Made by a program: the position numbers and the translations under genes. Below, one piece after another: positions 18,004-26,680 of a stretch of DNA of 64,000 bases. Within the stretch, counting starts at the first letter, position 1. Every line of letters starts with the position of its first letter. The DNA comes from Dehalococcoidales bacterium. Its GTDB lineage: Bacteria; Chloroflexota; Dehalococcoidia; Dehalococcoidales; Fen-1064. The stretch lies in the NCBI GenBank assembly GCA_016783135.1, contig JADHXC010000004.1:2798-66797 (forward strand), written 5' to 3'. The notes under the pieces are model-generated. The model was not told the origin of the DNA. It did not search any database and was given only the letters and a program-made list of their open reading frames with translations.

Positions 18004-18987
18004 CTACCCGCCTATCTGCCGCATCTGTCGTTTCGCGGGGACGACCTCTTCAGCGAGGTGGTGCTGCTCCTGCTTCAGGGTGGCCGCTTGCAGTATCAGT
18101 TGCTCCAACTCCTCGATGGTGGCACCGCGGCGCAGTGGGCCCTTGAGGTCGATTTCATCGTCGTCCAGGAGGCACGGTCGCAGGCCGCCGTCAGCAGTGA
18201 GGCGGAAGCGATTACACTCGGTGCAGAAGCACTCGGTTACCGCACCGATAAAGCCGAGCGTCCCGGTGGCTTCAGGTAGCTGGTAATACCTGGCGGGGCC
18301 GTTACCCGAGCTCGGGAAACAGGGGATGAGCTTGCCGAGTGACTGTTCAATAGTCGATATTATCTCACTTGTTGCAACTACTCCGTTGTCCTCAGCCGTG
18401 GAGCTAACGAACGGCATACACTCGATGAACCGCACATGCCAGCCGTCAGCCACTGTCTTTCTGGCGAAGTCCAGGATTTCGTCGTCGTTCACATCCCGGA
18501 GGGCCACCATGTTGAGTTTGACCGGATTCAGACCGACCTCTCTGGCAACCTCGATACCGTTGAGCACGTCCCGGAGTTTATCGCCTCTGGTGATTTGCTG
18601 AAACCTGTCTGCCTTCAGAGTATCCAGGCTGACATTGACCCTCTTCAGGCCAGCCGCTTTCAGCTCGGCGGCATGGTGGGCAAGGAGCGTGCCGTTGGTG
18701 GTCATCGAGACCTCGTCGATGCCCTCAACCCGCACAAGCATCTCGACCAGCCGGCTCAGGTGCAGCCGGGCAAGGGGTTCGCCACCGGTAAGGCGCACCT
18801 TCTGCACACCGAGGTGCGCGGCCGCCTGGACAACCCGAAGGATTTCCTCGTAGCGGAGAATATCATCGTGCGAAAGGTGCGGTGCTGACCTGCCTGAGCA
18901 ATAAATGCAGTCGAGGTCACAGCGGTCTGTGACCGAGATGCGCATGTAATTGATGCGCCGATGGTAAGAGTCAGCGAGTCCTATCAT
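18004..18987 (-). CDS. moaA: GTP 3',8-cyclase (radical SAM)
   Basis: 327 aa. The radical-SAM cluster is CDLDCIYC, followed by RLTGGEPL. The C-terminal auxiliary cluster is CFCTECNRFRLTADGGLRPCL. Confidence 0.93.
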   Translation of the reverse strand: MIGLADSYHRRINYMRISVTDRCDLDCIYCSGRSAPHLSHDDILRYEEILRVVQAAAHLGVQKVRLTGGEPLARLHLSRLVEMLVRVEGIDEVSMTTNGTLLAHHAAELKAAGLKRVNVSLDTLKADRFQQITRGDKLRDVLNGIEVAREVGLNPVKLNMVALRDVNDDEILDFARKTVADGWHVRFIECMPFVSSTAEDNGVVATSEIISTIEQSLGKLIPCFPSSGNGPARYYQLPEATGTLGFIGAVTECFCTECNRFRLTADGGLRPCLLDDDEIDLKGPLRRGATIEELEQLILQAATLKQEQHHLAEEVVPAKRQMRQIGG

Positions 18988-18996
18988 GTTGCCCCC

Positions 18997-20127
18997 CTAT
19001 TCTACCGAAGAGCCAGCGGTCGGGCCGCCCTCCAGTCCTGTACTTTCTCGCCTGATAATGTGTACCGCCGTTGCCTTGAAAGTGGCGTAGACGCTCTTTC
19101 CCTTTTCCAGGGCCATCTCCTCGGCCGACCTCCTGGTTACCAGGGCTGCCAGCGTGAAGCCGCAGTCCACCTCAATGCGGGCAGTCGGTCCCGTGGCGAC
19201 CACGCGTGTGATTCGCCCGGTGAACGAGTTGCGGGCGCTGCTGGAGAGCCGCGATAGTGCCAGTGTGACCTCCTCGGCCCGGATACACGCGGAGACCTCC
19301 TCCCCGACGGGAAGGTCTGACAGCGCCTCCACCGGATTTCCTCCGACGTCTACGGTGACGACCCTGTCCTCGTTGGAAGCTATCACGCCGTTGAGGATAT
19401 TCTCCACGCCCACGAAATCGGCTATCTTCCGGGAGCGCGGTGCATTGAATACCTCTCGCCAGTCACCGGTCTGGAGGATTTCGCCATCGAGTAGCATACC
19501 CGCCCTGTCCGCCAGCCGCTGGCCCTGGGACAGGTCGTGGGTGGCCATTACTATTGTGGTATCGTGACGCTCGATGATACTGACAATCAGGTTTTCGATT
19601 CTCGCCGTCGAGACGGGGTCGAGATTTGCCGTCGGTTCGTCGAGCAGGAGTACCTCCGGTTCGGTAGCGATTGCCCTGGCAATAGCCACCATCTGCACTT
19701 CCCCACCGGATAGTGTCCGGGCGTTCCGTTTTCTGTCGGTGGTAAGCCCTACCATCTCCAGGACACGGTCAACCCGGATGCGGATGTCGCTCCGGGACAT
19801 TCCTCTCCATCTCAGGCCATAGGTAATATTGTCATAGACGGTGGTGTTGAATACCACCGGTTTCTGGAGCACGAAAGCCATCCGCCGCCGCGCTTCCAGC
19901 CGGAGTCTGGCCGATTCGGTAACGTCGGTACCGTCGAAGTAGAGCTGCCCGCGATCCGGCGTGTCAATAAGGTCGAGCAGCCGCAGCAGTGTGGTCTTTC
20001 CGGAGCCGGTCGGACCGATGAGGGCAAAGACCTCGCCCCGCTTTATCCTGATATTGATGTTCTTCAGGATATCCCGGTCACCACGCCGCTGGCACAGGTC
20101 AACGGTTTCTATTAAAGACATCATCAC
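18997..20127 (-). CDS. ABC transporter ATP-binding protein with C-terminal TOBE/Mop domain (tungstate/molybdate type)
   Basis: 376 aa. Walker A is GPTGSGKTT, the signature is LSGGE and Walker B is LLLDEP. The C-terminal part (~120 aa) looks like a TOBE fold. Confidence 0.88.
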   Translation of the reverse strand: MMMSLIETVDLCQRRGDRDILKNINIRIKRGEVFALIGPTGSGKTTLLRLLDLIDTPDRGQLYFDGTDVTESARLRLEARRRMAFVLQKPVVFNTTVYDNITYGLRWRGMSRSDIRIRVDRVLEMVGLTTDRKRNARTLSGGEVQMVAIARAIATEPEVLLLDEPTANLDPVSTARIENLIVSIIERHDTTIVMATHDLSQGQRLADRAGMLLDGEILQTGDWREVFNAPRSRKIADFVGVENILNGVIASNEDRVVTVDVGGNPVEALSDLPVGEEVSACIRAEEVTLALSRLSSSARNSFTGRITRVVATGPTARIEVDCGFTLAALVTRRSAEEMALEKGKSVYATFKATAVHIIRRESTGLEGGPTAGSSVE

Positions 20128-20869
20128 CTCTGCTGCAACCTGTTGAGGACGACGTTCACTACCAGGGCAATGAATATCAGGATTATGCCCAGGGCAAATG
20201 CCAGCTCCAGATTACCCTTGGAAGTTTCCAGTGATATTGCCGTGGTGAGCACCCTGCTCAAATCCACGATATTGCCACCAACCAGGAGGGCTATACCGAC
20301 CTCTGAGATTGCCCGACCGAACCCCATGATGACGGCGGCCACTACTGCGTACCTTGCCTCCCTGAAGACCACGGTTGCTGTCTGAACACCGCTAGCTCCC
20401 AGAGACCGGGCGGTATCCAGCATGGTCTGGTCAATCCCTCTCAGTGCCGAAATAGTCAGACCGAGCAGTATCGGCGTTATCAGCACCATCTGGCCGATTA
20501 CCATAACGGTGGGCGTGAACAGCAGGTTGAGTCCGCCCAGAGGACCGGCGCGAGAGAACACAGCAAATACAATCAGGCCGATAACGACGGTAGGGACGCT
20601 GTAGAATGTCTGGATTATGCTCACCAGTACACGTTTGCCGGGGAAGCGGTTGAAGTGAATCACGCTGGCCAGTGGCAGGCATATCAGCGTGGCGAGTACG
20701 GTCGAGGTCAGTGATATCCTCAGTGACCGTCCGGTTATCGCCAGTACCTCGGGGTCGAGGGAGATGATAAGCTCAACCGCCCTGGTCAGGCCGTTCCAGA
20801 TTTCAGCCAGTTTCTTGCTCCAAATGCTATTTCCCGGGGTAACCCTATCCCCTATACAGTCGGGGACAT
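20124..20869 (-). CDS. ABC transporter permease (TupB/ModB-like) with an apparent 1-nt frame break after codon 3
   Basis: The long frame reads ..AVELIISLDPEVLAITGRSLRISLTSTVLATLICLPLAS.. upstream of the first canonical start (GTG 20663) and has no ATG/GTG/TTG. The RBS-preceded ATG at 20869 is 1 nt out of frame across a C4 run (20862-20865). Confidence 0.7.
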
Positions 20870-20891
20870 CTTAACGAGCTTCCTCTCAGTG

Positions 20892-21842
20892 CTATTCAGG
20901 CTCGGCGCCGGCACAGGGGGTGAACAACTGCATACCGTACTCTTTGGCACCATAGTTACCGATGAGCTCCTGTACGTCTGGTGAGGTGAGGAAGGTTATC
21001 AGGTTGTTAGCCCTTTCGAAGTTGGCCTCACCCACGATGTCCGAATTTACGGCAATTGCAGAATAGACGTTGAGCAGTATCCCACCCTTGTCCACGATAG
21101 GCACCAGCTCCAGTTTGCCCTTGTAGGATAGATAGGTACCCATATCGGTGAGAGTGTAGGCTTGCTTCTCGCTGGCCATCATCAGGGTGGCTCCCATGCC
21201 GGTACCTGCCTCGATGTACCAGGACCCGGCACCACGGACTGCCTCGTAATCATAGCCGGCGGCTGCCCAGATTGCCTTTTCCCTGGAGTGCGTCCCGGAG
21301 TCATCGCCCCGGGAGACGAAGCTGGCGTTGCCGGTGTCCATCAGCTTCTCAAAGGTTTTTTCAGGGGTGAGTCCCTTGATTCCGGCGGGGTCGGCCTCCG
21401 GGCCGACGATAAGGAAGTAGTTATAGGCAAAGGGGACTCGCTCCACGCCATATCCTTCGGCGATGAATTCCAGCTCGTGGGTTTTGGAGTGGACGGTGAT
21501 GATGTGGACATCACCCCGGCGACCGTACTCCAGGGCTTTGCCGGTCCCGGCGTACATGACGTCCAGCTCGACGCCGTATTTGTCCTCGAACATAGGCTCG
21601 AGGTATCCCCAGAGTCCGGTATCGTAGAGACTGGTGGTCGTGGCCACCCTCACGGCAGCAGAGACCAAGCACCCGGTTAGTGTTGTCAAGATGCCCACGA
21701 CTAGCAGCAGGGCCGCTAGGGCGCTGGCAATCCTCAATCCGGGACCCCTTCCCAACAGGGATACAGGGAACCGGCAGATACGGACGTGGGATGACATTGG
21801 GCTATGGTGGGCAGTGAGGCACGCACGTGCGTGTATGATCAA
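20892..21842 (-). CDS. Tungstate/molybdate ABC transporter substrate-binding lipoprotein (TupA-like)
   Basis: VATTTSLYDTGL and RGDDSGTH anion-binding motifs are present, with a lipobox LTGC. The start is uncertain: TTG 21842 lies 6 nt after GGAGA, and the alternatives are ATG 21797 and TTG 21860. Confidence 0.8.
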   Translation of the reverse strand: MIIHARACLTAHHSPMSSHVRICRFPVSLLGRGPGLRIASALAALLLVVGILTTLTGCLVSAAVRVATTTSLYDTGLWGYLEPMFEDKYGVELDVMYAGTGKALEYGRRGDVHIITVHSKTHELEFIAEGYGVERVPFAYNYFLIVGPEADPAGIKGLTPEKTFEKLMDTGNASFVSRGDDSGTHSREKAIWAAAGYDYEAVRGAGSWYIEAGTGMGATLMMASEKQAYTLTDMGTYLSYKGKLELVPIVDKGGILLNVYSAIAVNSDIVGEANFERANNLITFLTSPDVQELIGNYGAKEYGMQLFTPCAGAEPE

Positions 21843-21845
21843 AAC

Positions 21846-21950
21846 CACTCTCCTTTCCAAGTCCGGGAGGCGTGAGGGTTTTCCCTCACACCCTATCGTT
21901 TGCCTCTCGTAGGTGGGACACCCTTAGAGAAGACAACTCGGAGACCGCTA
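21846..21950 (-). ncRNA. Candidate Moco/Wco (molybdenum-cofactor) riboswitch
   Basis: The minus strand reads GGUCUCCGAG...CCUACGAGAGGC...GUGAGGG-AAAA-CCCUCAC-GCCUCCCGGACUUGGAAAGGAGAG. The CUCCGAG / CCCGG / GGAAAGGAG blocks match my recollection of the Moco motif, and UCUCC pairs with the GGAGA Shine-Dalgarno. It is not confirmed by a covariance model. Confidence 0.5.
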
Positions 21951-22039
21951 TTCAGCTAAACGGGTTCTATCTTATGCTGTAATGCTATCATAAATATATC
22001 CTACTGGCTGGTGGCACGTCAACCATACGCTCCCGGCCT

Positions 22040-22159
22040 GTCATTGGGAGCGAAGCGAGGTAATCTTGTCCCTCCCTTGAGATTGCTTCGTCGCTGGTAC
22101 TCCTCGCAATGACGTGAGTGTTCGATGCCATTGCGAGCGAAGCGCGGCAATCTTGTCCC
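22040..22159. repeat. Three copies of a ~33-nt 'cattgcgagcgaagcg.ggcaatcttgtccc' REP-like unit (direct, inverted, direct)
   Basis: The units are at 22040-22072, 22079-22113 (reverse orientation, with a short insert) and 22127-22159. Copies 1 and 2 can form a long hairpin. Confidence 0.85.
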
Positions 22160-22223
22160 CCGACTAGTACTCAATTGCAGAAATACCGGCTAGCATCTTC
22201 CACGGGGTGAGACCCTTCGCTAT

Positions 22224-22320
22224 GCTCAGGGTGACACACCATTGACATGTCATTCTTAGTCGGGGCTCCGAGCGGAGCGAGGAGACACAGAATCTAAATG
22301 TTGCGCGGATTTGTGCAACT
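22224..22320 (-). repeat. ~97-bp dispersed repeat, copy 2 (inverted partner of 10671-10767)
   Basis: The reverse complement aligns to 10671-10767 over ~97 nt with about 9 substitutions. Confidence 0.9.
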
Positions 22321-22405
22321 AGAAGACCAGTGGCGCGTCTCTGCGTTGCTCAGGATAACAAGGGTGGTTATCTCAGGCACACTCTTTTTAGTGACGGCGG
22401 ACGCA

Positions 22406-23374
22406 TCACGCCTCATCGGAATCCTGGTTTACCTTACCACCCTCGGGTAGCTGCTCTGCCGGGGTCTCGCTGGTGAGCTTCAACCTGTCCCCGAAGCGGT
22501 CCAGCTTTCTACTGGCCTCCTCGTATTTTGTGCCGGTGTGATGGATATGCCCGCCCAGGGTCTCGAAGTCGCCCTGGAAACCGGTGAAGTCGTTCTGGAG
22601 GCGCTCCAGCCGGTTGAGAATCTCGCCGGCGGCCTGCTCTATGTGCAGCCCTTTCAGTCCCAGCATGATAACCTGGAGGTAGGCATAGAAACTGTTGGGA
22701 GAGACCGGGATAACCCTTTTCTCCAGGGCGTAGGAATAGACCCCGCCTTCTTCGGTCCCTTCGCGGAGTATCGTCTCGTAGTAGATATTCTCCGCCGGGA
22801 TGTACATCAGGGCAAAGTCGAAGGTACCTTCGTCGGGCCGGATGTACTTGGTAACGTCGTCGATGTGCTTCTTGACAGTACGGGTGAACTGTCGCCGCCG
22901 AGCCTGACGCTGAGCGTCAGACTCGGCGGCCAGCATCCGCTGGAAGTCCTCGAGGGGGAACTTGGAGTCAATCGGTACTTTCCTGTCGCCGATTTCAATG
23001 ATGGCATCGACCGCCTCACCGCTCTTGAAACGGTGTTGAAGACTGTAGTTCTGTCGCGGCAGGATATCTTCGAGCAGACGCTCCAGCATCAGTTCCCCGA
23101 AACCGCCGCGGAACTTCGGGGCGCGCAGTACTTCCTGGAGACTGGAAATGTCCCGGCCCACGGCCTCTATCTGCTCCGTTCCCTTGGCCAGCTTGCCCAG
23201 GCTCTCCTTCACCTCGCCGAAGACCCGGGTGGTATCCGCGATGCGTTCCCCGACGGTCCTGGACAGGGCATCGCTCTGTTCCCGCCACCTCTTTTCCTGG
23301 CGCGACCGGTCCCAGATAAACAGGATGACCAGTATTACCAGCACGATAAGGGTCACAATTCCCGTGATTTCCAT
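22406..23374 (-). CDS. rmuC: DNA recombination protein RmuC
   Basis: 322 aa. There is an N-terminal TM helix, a coiled coil, then RmuC nuclease-like core motifs (VDAII...PIDSKFPLE ... ALMYIPAENIYYE). Confidence 0.88.
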   Translation of the reverse strand: MEITGIVTLIVLVILVILFIWDRSRQEKRWREQSDALSRTVGERIADTTRVFGEVKESLGKLAKGTEQIEAVGRDISSLQEVLRAPKFRGGFGELMLERLLEDILPRQNYSLQHRFKSGEAVDAIIEIGDRKVPIDSKFPLEDFQRMLAAESDAQRQARRRQFTRTVKKHIDDVTKYIRPDEGTFDFALMYIPAENIYYETILREGTEEGGVYSYALEKRVIPVSPNSFYAYLQVIMLGLKGLHIEQAAGEILNRLERLQNDFTGFQGDFETLGGHIHHTGTKYEEASRKLDRFGDRLKLTSETPAEQLPEGGKVNQDSDEA

Positions 23375-23540
23375 ATGGGCCTCCCTGACGGGTGCGGTGT
23401 CAATAGTTAATTAAGCACTATTATACACCGCGAATCAAGCGGGATGGCATGATGGGACATTCCACATGGAGGAAGCCTGGGAGCTCCGCGCAACCTTGGG
23501 AAGAAGGGGGCGTGATGCGGTGCTCCTTGCCGGGGAAGTT

Positions 23541-23615
23541 TGAAGGGGGTTCACCCCCTTCAAAACAACCATTCCCCCTTCCCAAGGGGAAGGGGGAAAA
23601 AGGGGGATGGGGTTA
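23541..23615 (+). repeat. Compound G5/C5 hairpin element, copy A
   Basis: Hairpin 1 is tttgaaggggg-ttca-cccccttcaaa (23539-23564). Hairpin 2 is cccccttccc-aag-gggaaggggg (23574-23596). The tail is aaaagggggatggggttacc. The architecture is the same as 43129-43210. Confidence 0.85.
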
Positions 23616-23650
23616 CCATACAGTATTCATAAGAAAGGTCCAGGACTGCG

Positions 23651-25108
23651 CTAACCGCCGAACATCTTGGCGGCGAACTCGGCGGCCTTCATGGCGAAGC
23701 CGGGGAGGATGCCGATGAAGAGGACACCGAGGCAGGTAATGGCCAGTGCCACACGCAACGCCCCTGAGGAGGGTACTTTCTCAGTGGAGGCAGGTTCACC
23801 GAGCCACATTACCTTGACCACTCTCAGGTAGTAGAAGGCCGATATCACGCTGTTGATGACGGCGATAATGACCAGCCAGAGCAGGTCGCTCTGCACCGCT
23901 CCACTGAAGATGTAGAACTTGGCCATGAACCCGGCTGCCGGGGGCATGCCAATCAGTGATATCAGGCACAGCGTCAGACCGAGGGCAAGGACCGGCGCCC
24001 GCTTGCTCATCCCGGAAAAGTCCGCAATCAGGTCGCTGTTAATCTTGTTGGTGATGGCAATGATGGCGATGAAGGCCCCCAGGTTAGCCATCGAGTAGCT
24101 TAACAGGAAGAACATGACCGTGCTCTGGTTGAGTGTGCTCGTGGCTGCTCCGACACCCATAGCGGCCAGACCGACCAGCAGATAGCCGGCCTGGGCGATG
24201 CTGGAGTAACCGAACATACGCTTGATATTAATCTGGGGTAAGGCGGAAATATTACCCACCGTCATACCGATAGCTGCCAGCGCGGCGAAGACCAGACCCC
24301 AGTTCATGCTCAGCCATTCCGGGGTACCGAATGCGGAGAAGAAGACGCGGAGTATGATGGCAAAACCGGCCGCCTTACTGGCCACGGACAGGTAACCGGT
24401 TATCGGGGTTGGCGCCCCTTCGTAGACGTCGGGCACCCACATCTGGAAGGGTACCGCGGCAATCTTGAAACCGAAGCCGGCAATCAGCAGGACCGCACCC
24501 AGCATAAGCGCCGGGTTATCGCCGACTCCCGTGGCACCGAGGTTCTGGACAGCCTGTGATATTTCGGCAAGCTGTGTGGTACCGGTCGAGCCAAAGACCA
24601 GCGCCATTCCATAGAGCAGTACTGCCGAGGAGGTTGCACCCAGCAGCAGGTACTTGATTGACGACTCCGTTGATTTGGGGTCTTTGAGGAACCCGGCCAG
24701 AACGTAGAGTGAGATACTGGCCAGCTCGAGGGCGATGTAGATGGTGATAAGCTCGGAACTGGCCGCCATGAGCATCATGCCCAGTGCGGAAAGGACTATC
24801 AGTGCGTAGTATTCACCCTGGAAGCGACTGAACTTGGGCGCGTAGTCGACAGAGGCCAGGATAACCAGAGCGGCAATCCCCAGGAAGAGAAGTTTGAAGA
24901 AGAGGGCAAAGTTGTCCACGGACAGCATGCCGTTGAATGCGGCCTCGGAGGTGCCCCAGAGAGCGATGGCAAAAACGGCGGACACCACCAGACCGATAAT
25001 ACTGAGAACCACCAGCACCCCTTTTCTCTCGATAAAGAGGTCAAGCAGTATCAGCACTACTGCGGTTGCTGCCAGGCTCAGTTCTGGTGCCAACAGCTCA
25101 AGATTCAA
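23651..25108 (-). CDS. nuoN: NADH-quinone oxidoreductase subunit N
   Basis: 485 aa polytopic antiporter-like subunit, last gene of the nuo operon. Confidence 0.9.
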   Translation of the reverse strand: MNLELLAPELSLAATAVVLILLDLFIERKGVLVVLSIIGLVVSAVFAIALWGTSEAAFNGMLSVDNFALFFKLLFLGIAALVILASVDYAPKFSRFQGEYYALIVLSALGMMLMAASSELITIYIALELASISLYVLAGFLKDPKSTESSIKYLLLGATSSAVLLYGMALVFGSTGTTQLAEISQAVQNLGATGVGDNPALMLGAVLLIAGFGFKIAAVPFQMWVPDVYEGAPTPITGYLSVASKAAGFAIILRVFFSAFGTPEWLSMNWGLVFAALAAIGMTVGNISALPQINIKRMFGYSSIAQAGYLLVGLAAMGVGAATSTLNQSTVMFFLLSYSMANLGAFIAIIAITNKINSDLIADFSGMSKRAPVLALGLTLCLISLIGMPPAAGFMAKFYIFSGAVQSDLLWLVIIAVINSVISAFYYLRVVKVMWLGEPASTEKVPSSGALRVALAITCLGVLFIGILPGFAMKAAEFAAKMFGG

Positions 25109-25132
25109 GACCTACTCCTTAGAAACACCGCT

Positions 25133-26641
25133 CTAACCGCCTATCAAGGCCACTATCGGCGAGATACCGAGTCTGATTATGTCTGTCATTATCGCCGGAT
25201 AGATACCGATTATCATTATCAGGATGACAAAGGCGAACATGTAGACCTTCTCCAGGTTATCGGCATCTTTGACACCGTTATATTGCTCCAGTACCGGACC
25301 GTAGAACGTTCGCTGTATCATCCACAGGATATAGCCGGCGGCGAGTACCACACCCAGCACTGCCAGGATAGTGAAGACCTCTGCGCCCCCAACGACCTTA
25401 CTGGAGAAGCTGCCGATGAAGGTGATGAATTCGGCGGCAAAGCCGCTGGTCAGCGGCAGACCCAGCGAGCCAAGACCGGCGATAGAAAACACGATGGCAA
25501 TGACCGACATCTGCCTGGCCAGTCCGCCTAGCTTCCTGAGGTCCCGCTCCTTGACATTGTGTATCATCAGGCCGGCCATGGCGAAGAGCAACCCGGTGAG
25601 CAGGCCGTGGCTGAGCATTTGCAGACCCGCTCCGGTCAGGCTTATCTCATTGAGGGCAAAGATGCCGAGCAGCACGTAGCCCATGTGGCTCACGCTGCTA
25701 TAGGCAATCATCCGCTTGAGGTCGGTCTGCCTCAGGGTCAGCGCCGCGCCGTATAGTATGCTGATTACGGCCAGCGTCATTAGCATCGGTGCGAAGCTGC
25801 GGGCTACGTCCGGGAAAATGCTCACGCAGACGCGTATCATCCCGTAGCCGCCCATCTTGATTAGCGCCCCGGCAAGCATCACGCTACCGGCAGTCGGTGC
25901 GTCGGTATGGGCGTCCGGGAGCCAGGTATGCAGCGGGAACACCGGCAGCTTGACGGCAAAGGCGATGATGAGGAGCCAGAAGATTGACGCCGCCGGCATG
26001 ATGGACTGCACCATGCCAAGCCCGCCCTCCGAAATATCCACCATGCTCAGGCTGCCGGTGGTGAAATACAGGCTCAGGATACCGGCCAGCATGAAGGCAC
26101 TGCCGAAAAGTGTGTAGAGAACGTACTTAATAGACGAGTACTCTTTTCGGCCCGTACCCCAGATGGATATCAGGAAGTACATCGGGATGACTTCTATCTC
26201 CCAGAAGACGAAGAAGAGCAGCAGGTCGAGCGAGCAGAATACGCCCAGGATGCTCGCCTCCAGGAGAAGCAACCAGGCGAAGTACTCGCGGACTCTCACG
26301 TGGACCTTCCACGAGATAAGTATCACCATGAAGCCGAGGAAGGCCGTCAGCAGCACCAGCGGTGCGCTCAGGCCATCCACGCCCAGGTGGTAGTTGGCGA
26401 CCAGGTGGTGGTTGGCATTGAAGGCGGCATCAATCCAGCCGACCTTGTCCACGAACTGGAACCCCTCGAGCGTACGGTCGAAAAGGCTGAACATGGCGAC
26501 CGCAAAGCCAAGCGGGACAAGAGTGAAGATGGCTGAAAGCCACCGTATCAGCCTGTCGGACAATCCCGGGATGAAGGCAACCAGTACTGCCCCCACCATG
26601 GGCACAAAGACTATCGCAGTGAGAATGCCACTAAACTCCAA
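25133..26641 (-). CDS. nuoM: NADH-quinone oxidoreductase subunit M
   Basis: 502 aa antiporter-like subunit (HTWLPDAH motif). Confidence 0.9.
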   Translation of the reverse strand: MEFSGILTAIVFVPMVGAVLVAFIPGLSDRLIRWLSAIFTLVPLGFAVAMFSLFDRTLEGFQFVDKVGWIDAAFNANHHLVANYHLGVDGLSAPLVLLTAFLGFMVILISWKVHVRVREYFAWLLLLEASILGVFCSLDLLLFFVFWEIEVIPMYFLISIWGTGRKEYSSIKYVLYTLFGSAFMLAGILSLYFTTGSLSMVDISEGGLGMVQSIMPAASIFWLLIIAFAVKLPVFPLHTWLPDAHTDAPTAGSVMLAGALIKMGGYGMIRVCVSIFPDVARSFAPMLMTLAVISILYGAALTLRQTDLKRMIAYSSVSHMGYVLLGIFALNEISLTGAGLQMLSHGLLTGLLFAMAGLMIHNVKERDLRKLGGLARQMSVIAIVFSIAGLGSLGLPLTSGFAAEFITFIGSFSSKVVGGAEVFTILAVLGVVLAAGYILWMIQRTFYGPVLEQYNGVKDADNLEKVYMFAFVILIMIIGIYPAIMTDIIRLGISPIVALIGG

Positions 26642-26680
26642 GCCTGCTGACTCCTATCAAATCCTTTAGCCTATAAATAC

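Noticed and set aside
22040-22320. Possible CRISPR array
   Set aside because: There are only three short units and they are in mixed orientation. There is no regular repeat-spacer periodicity and there are no cas genes in the window. REP/MITE-like repeats explain the region better.
22538-23410. 290-aa plus-strand ORF
   Set aside because: It is antisense to rmuC. It has no RBS and no domain signature.
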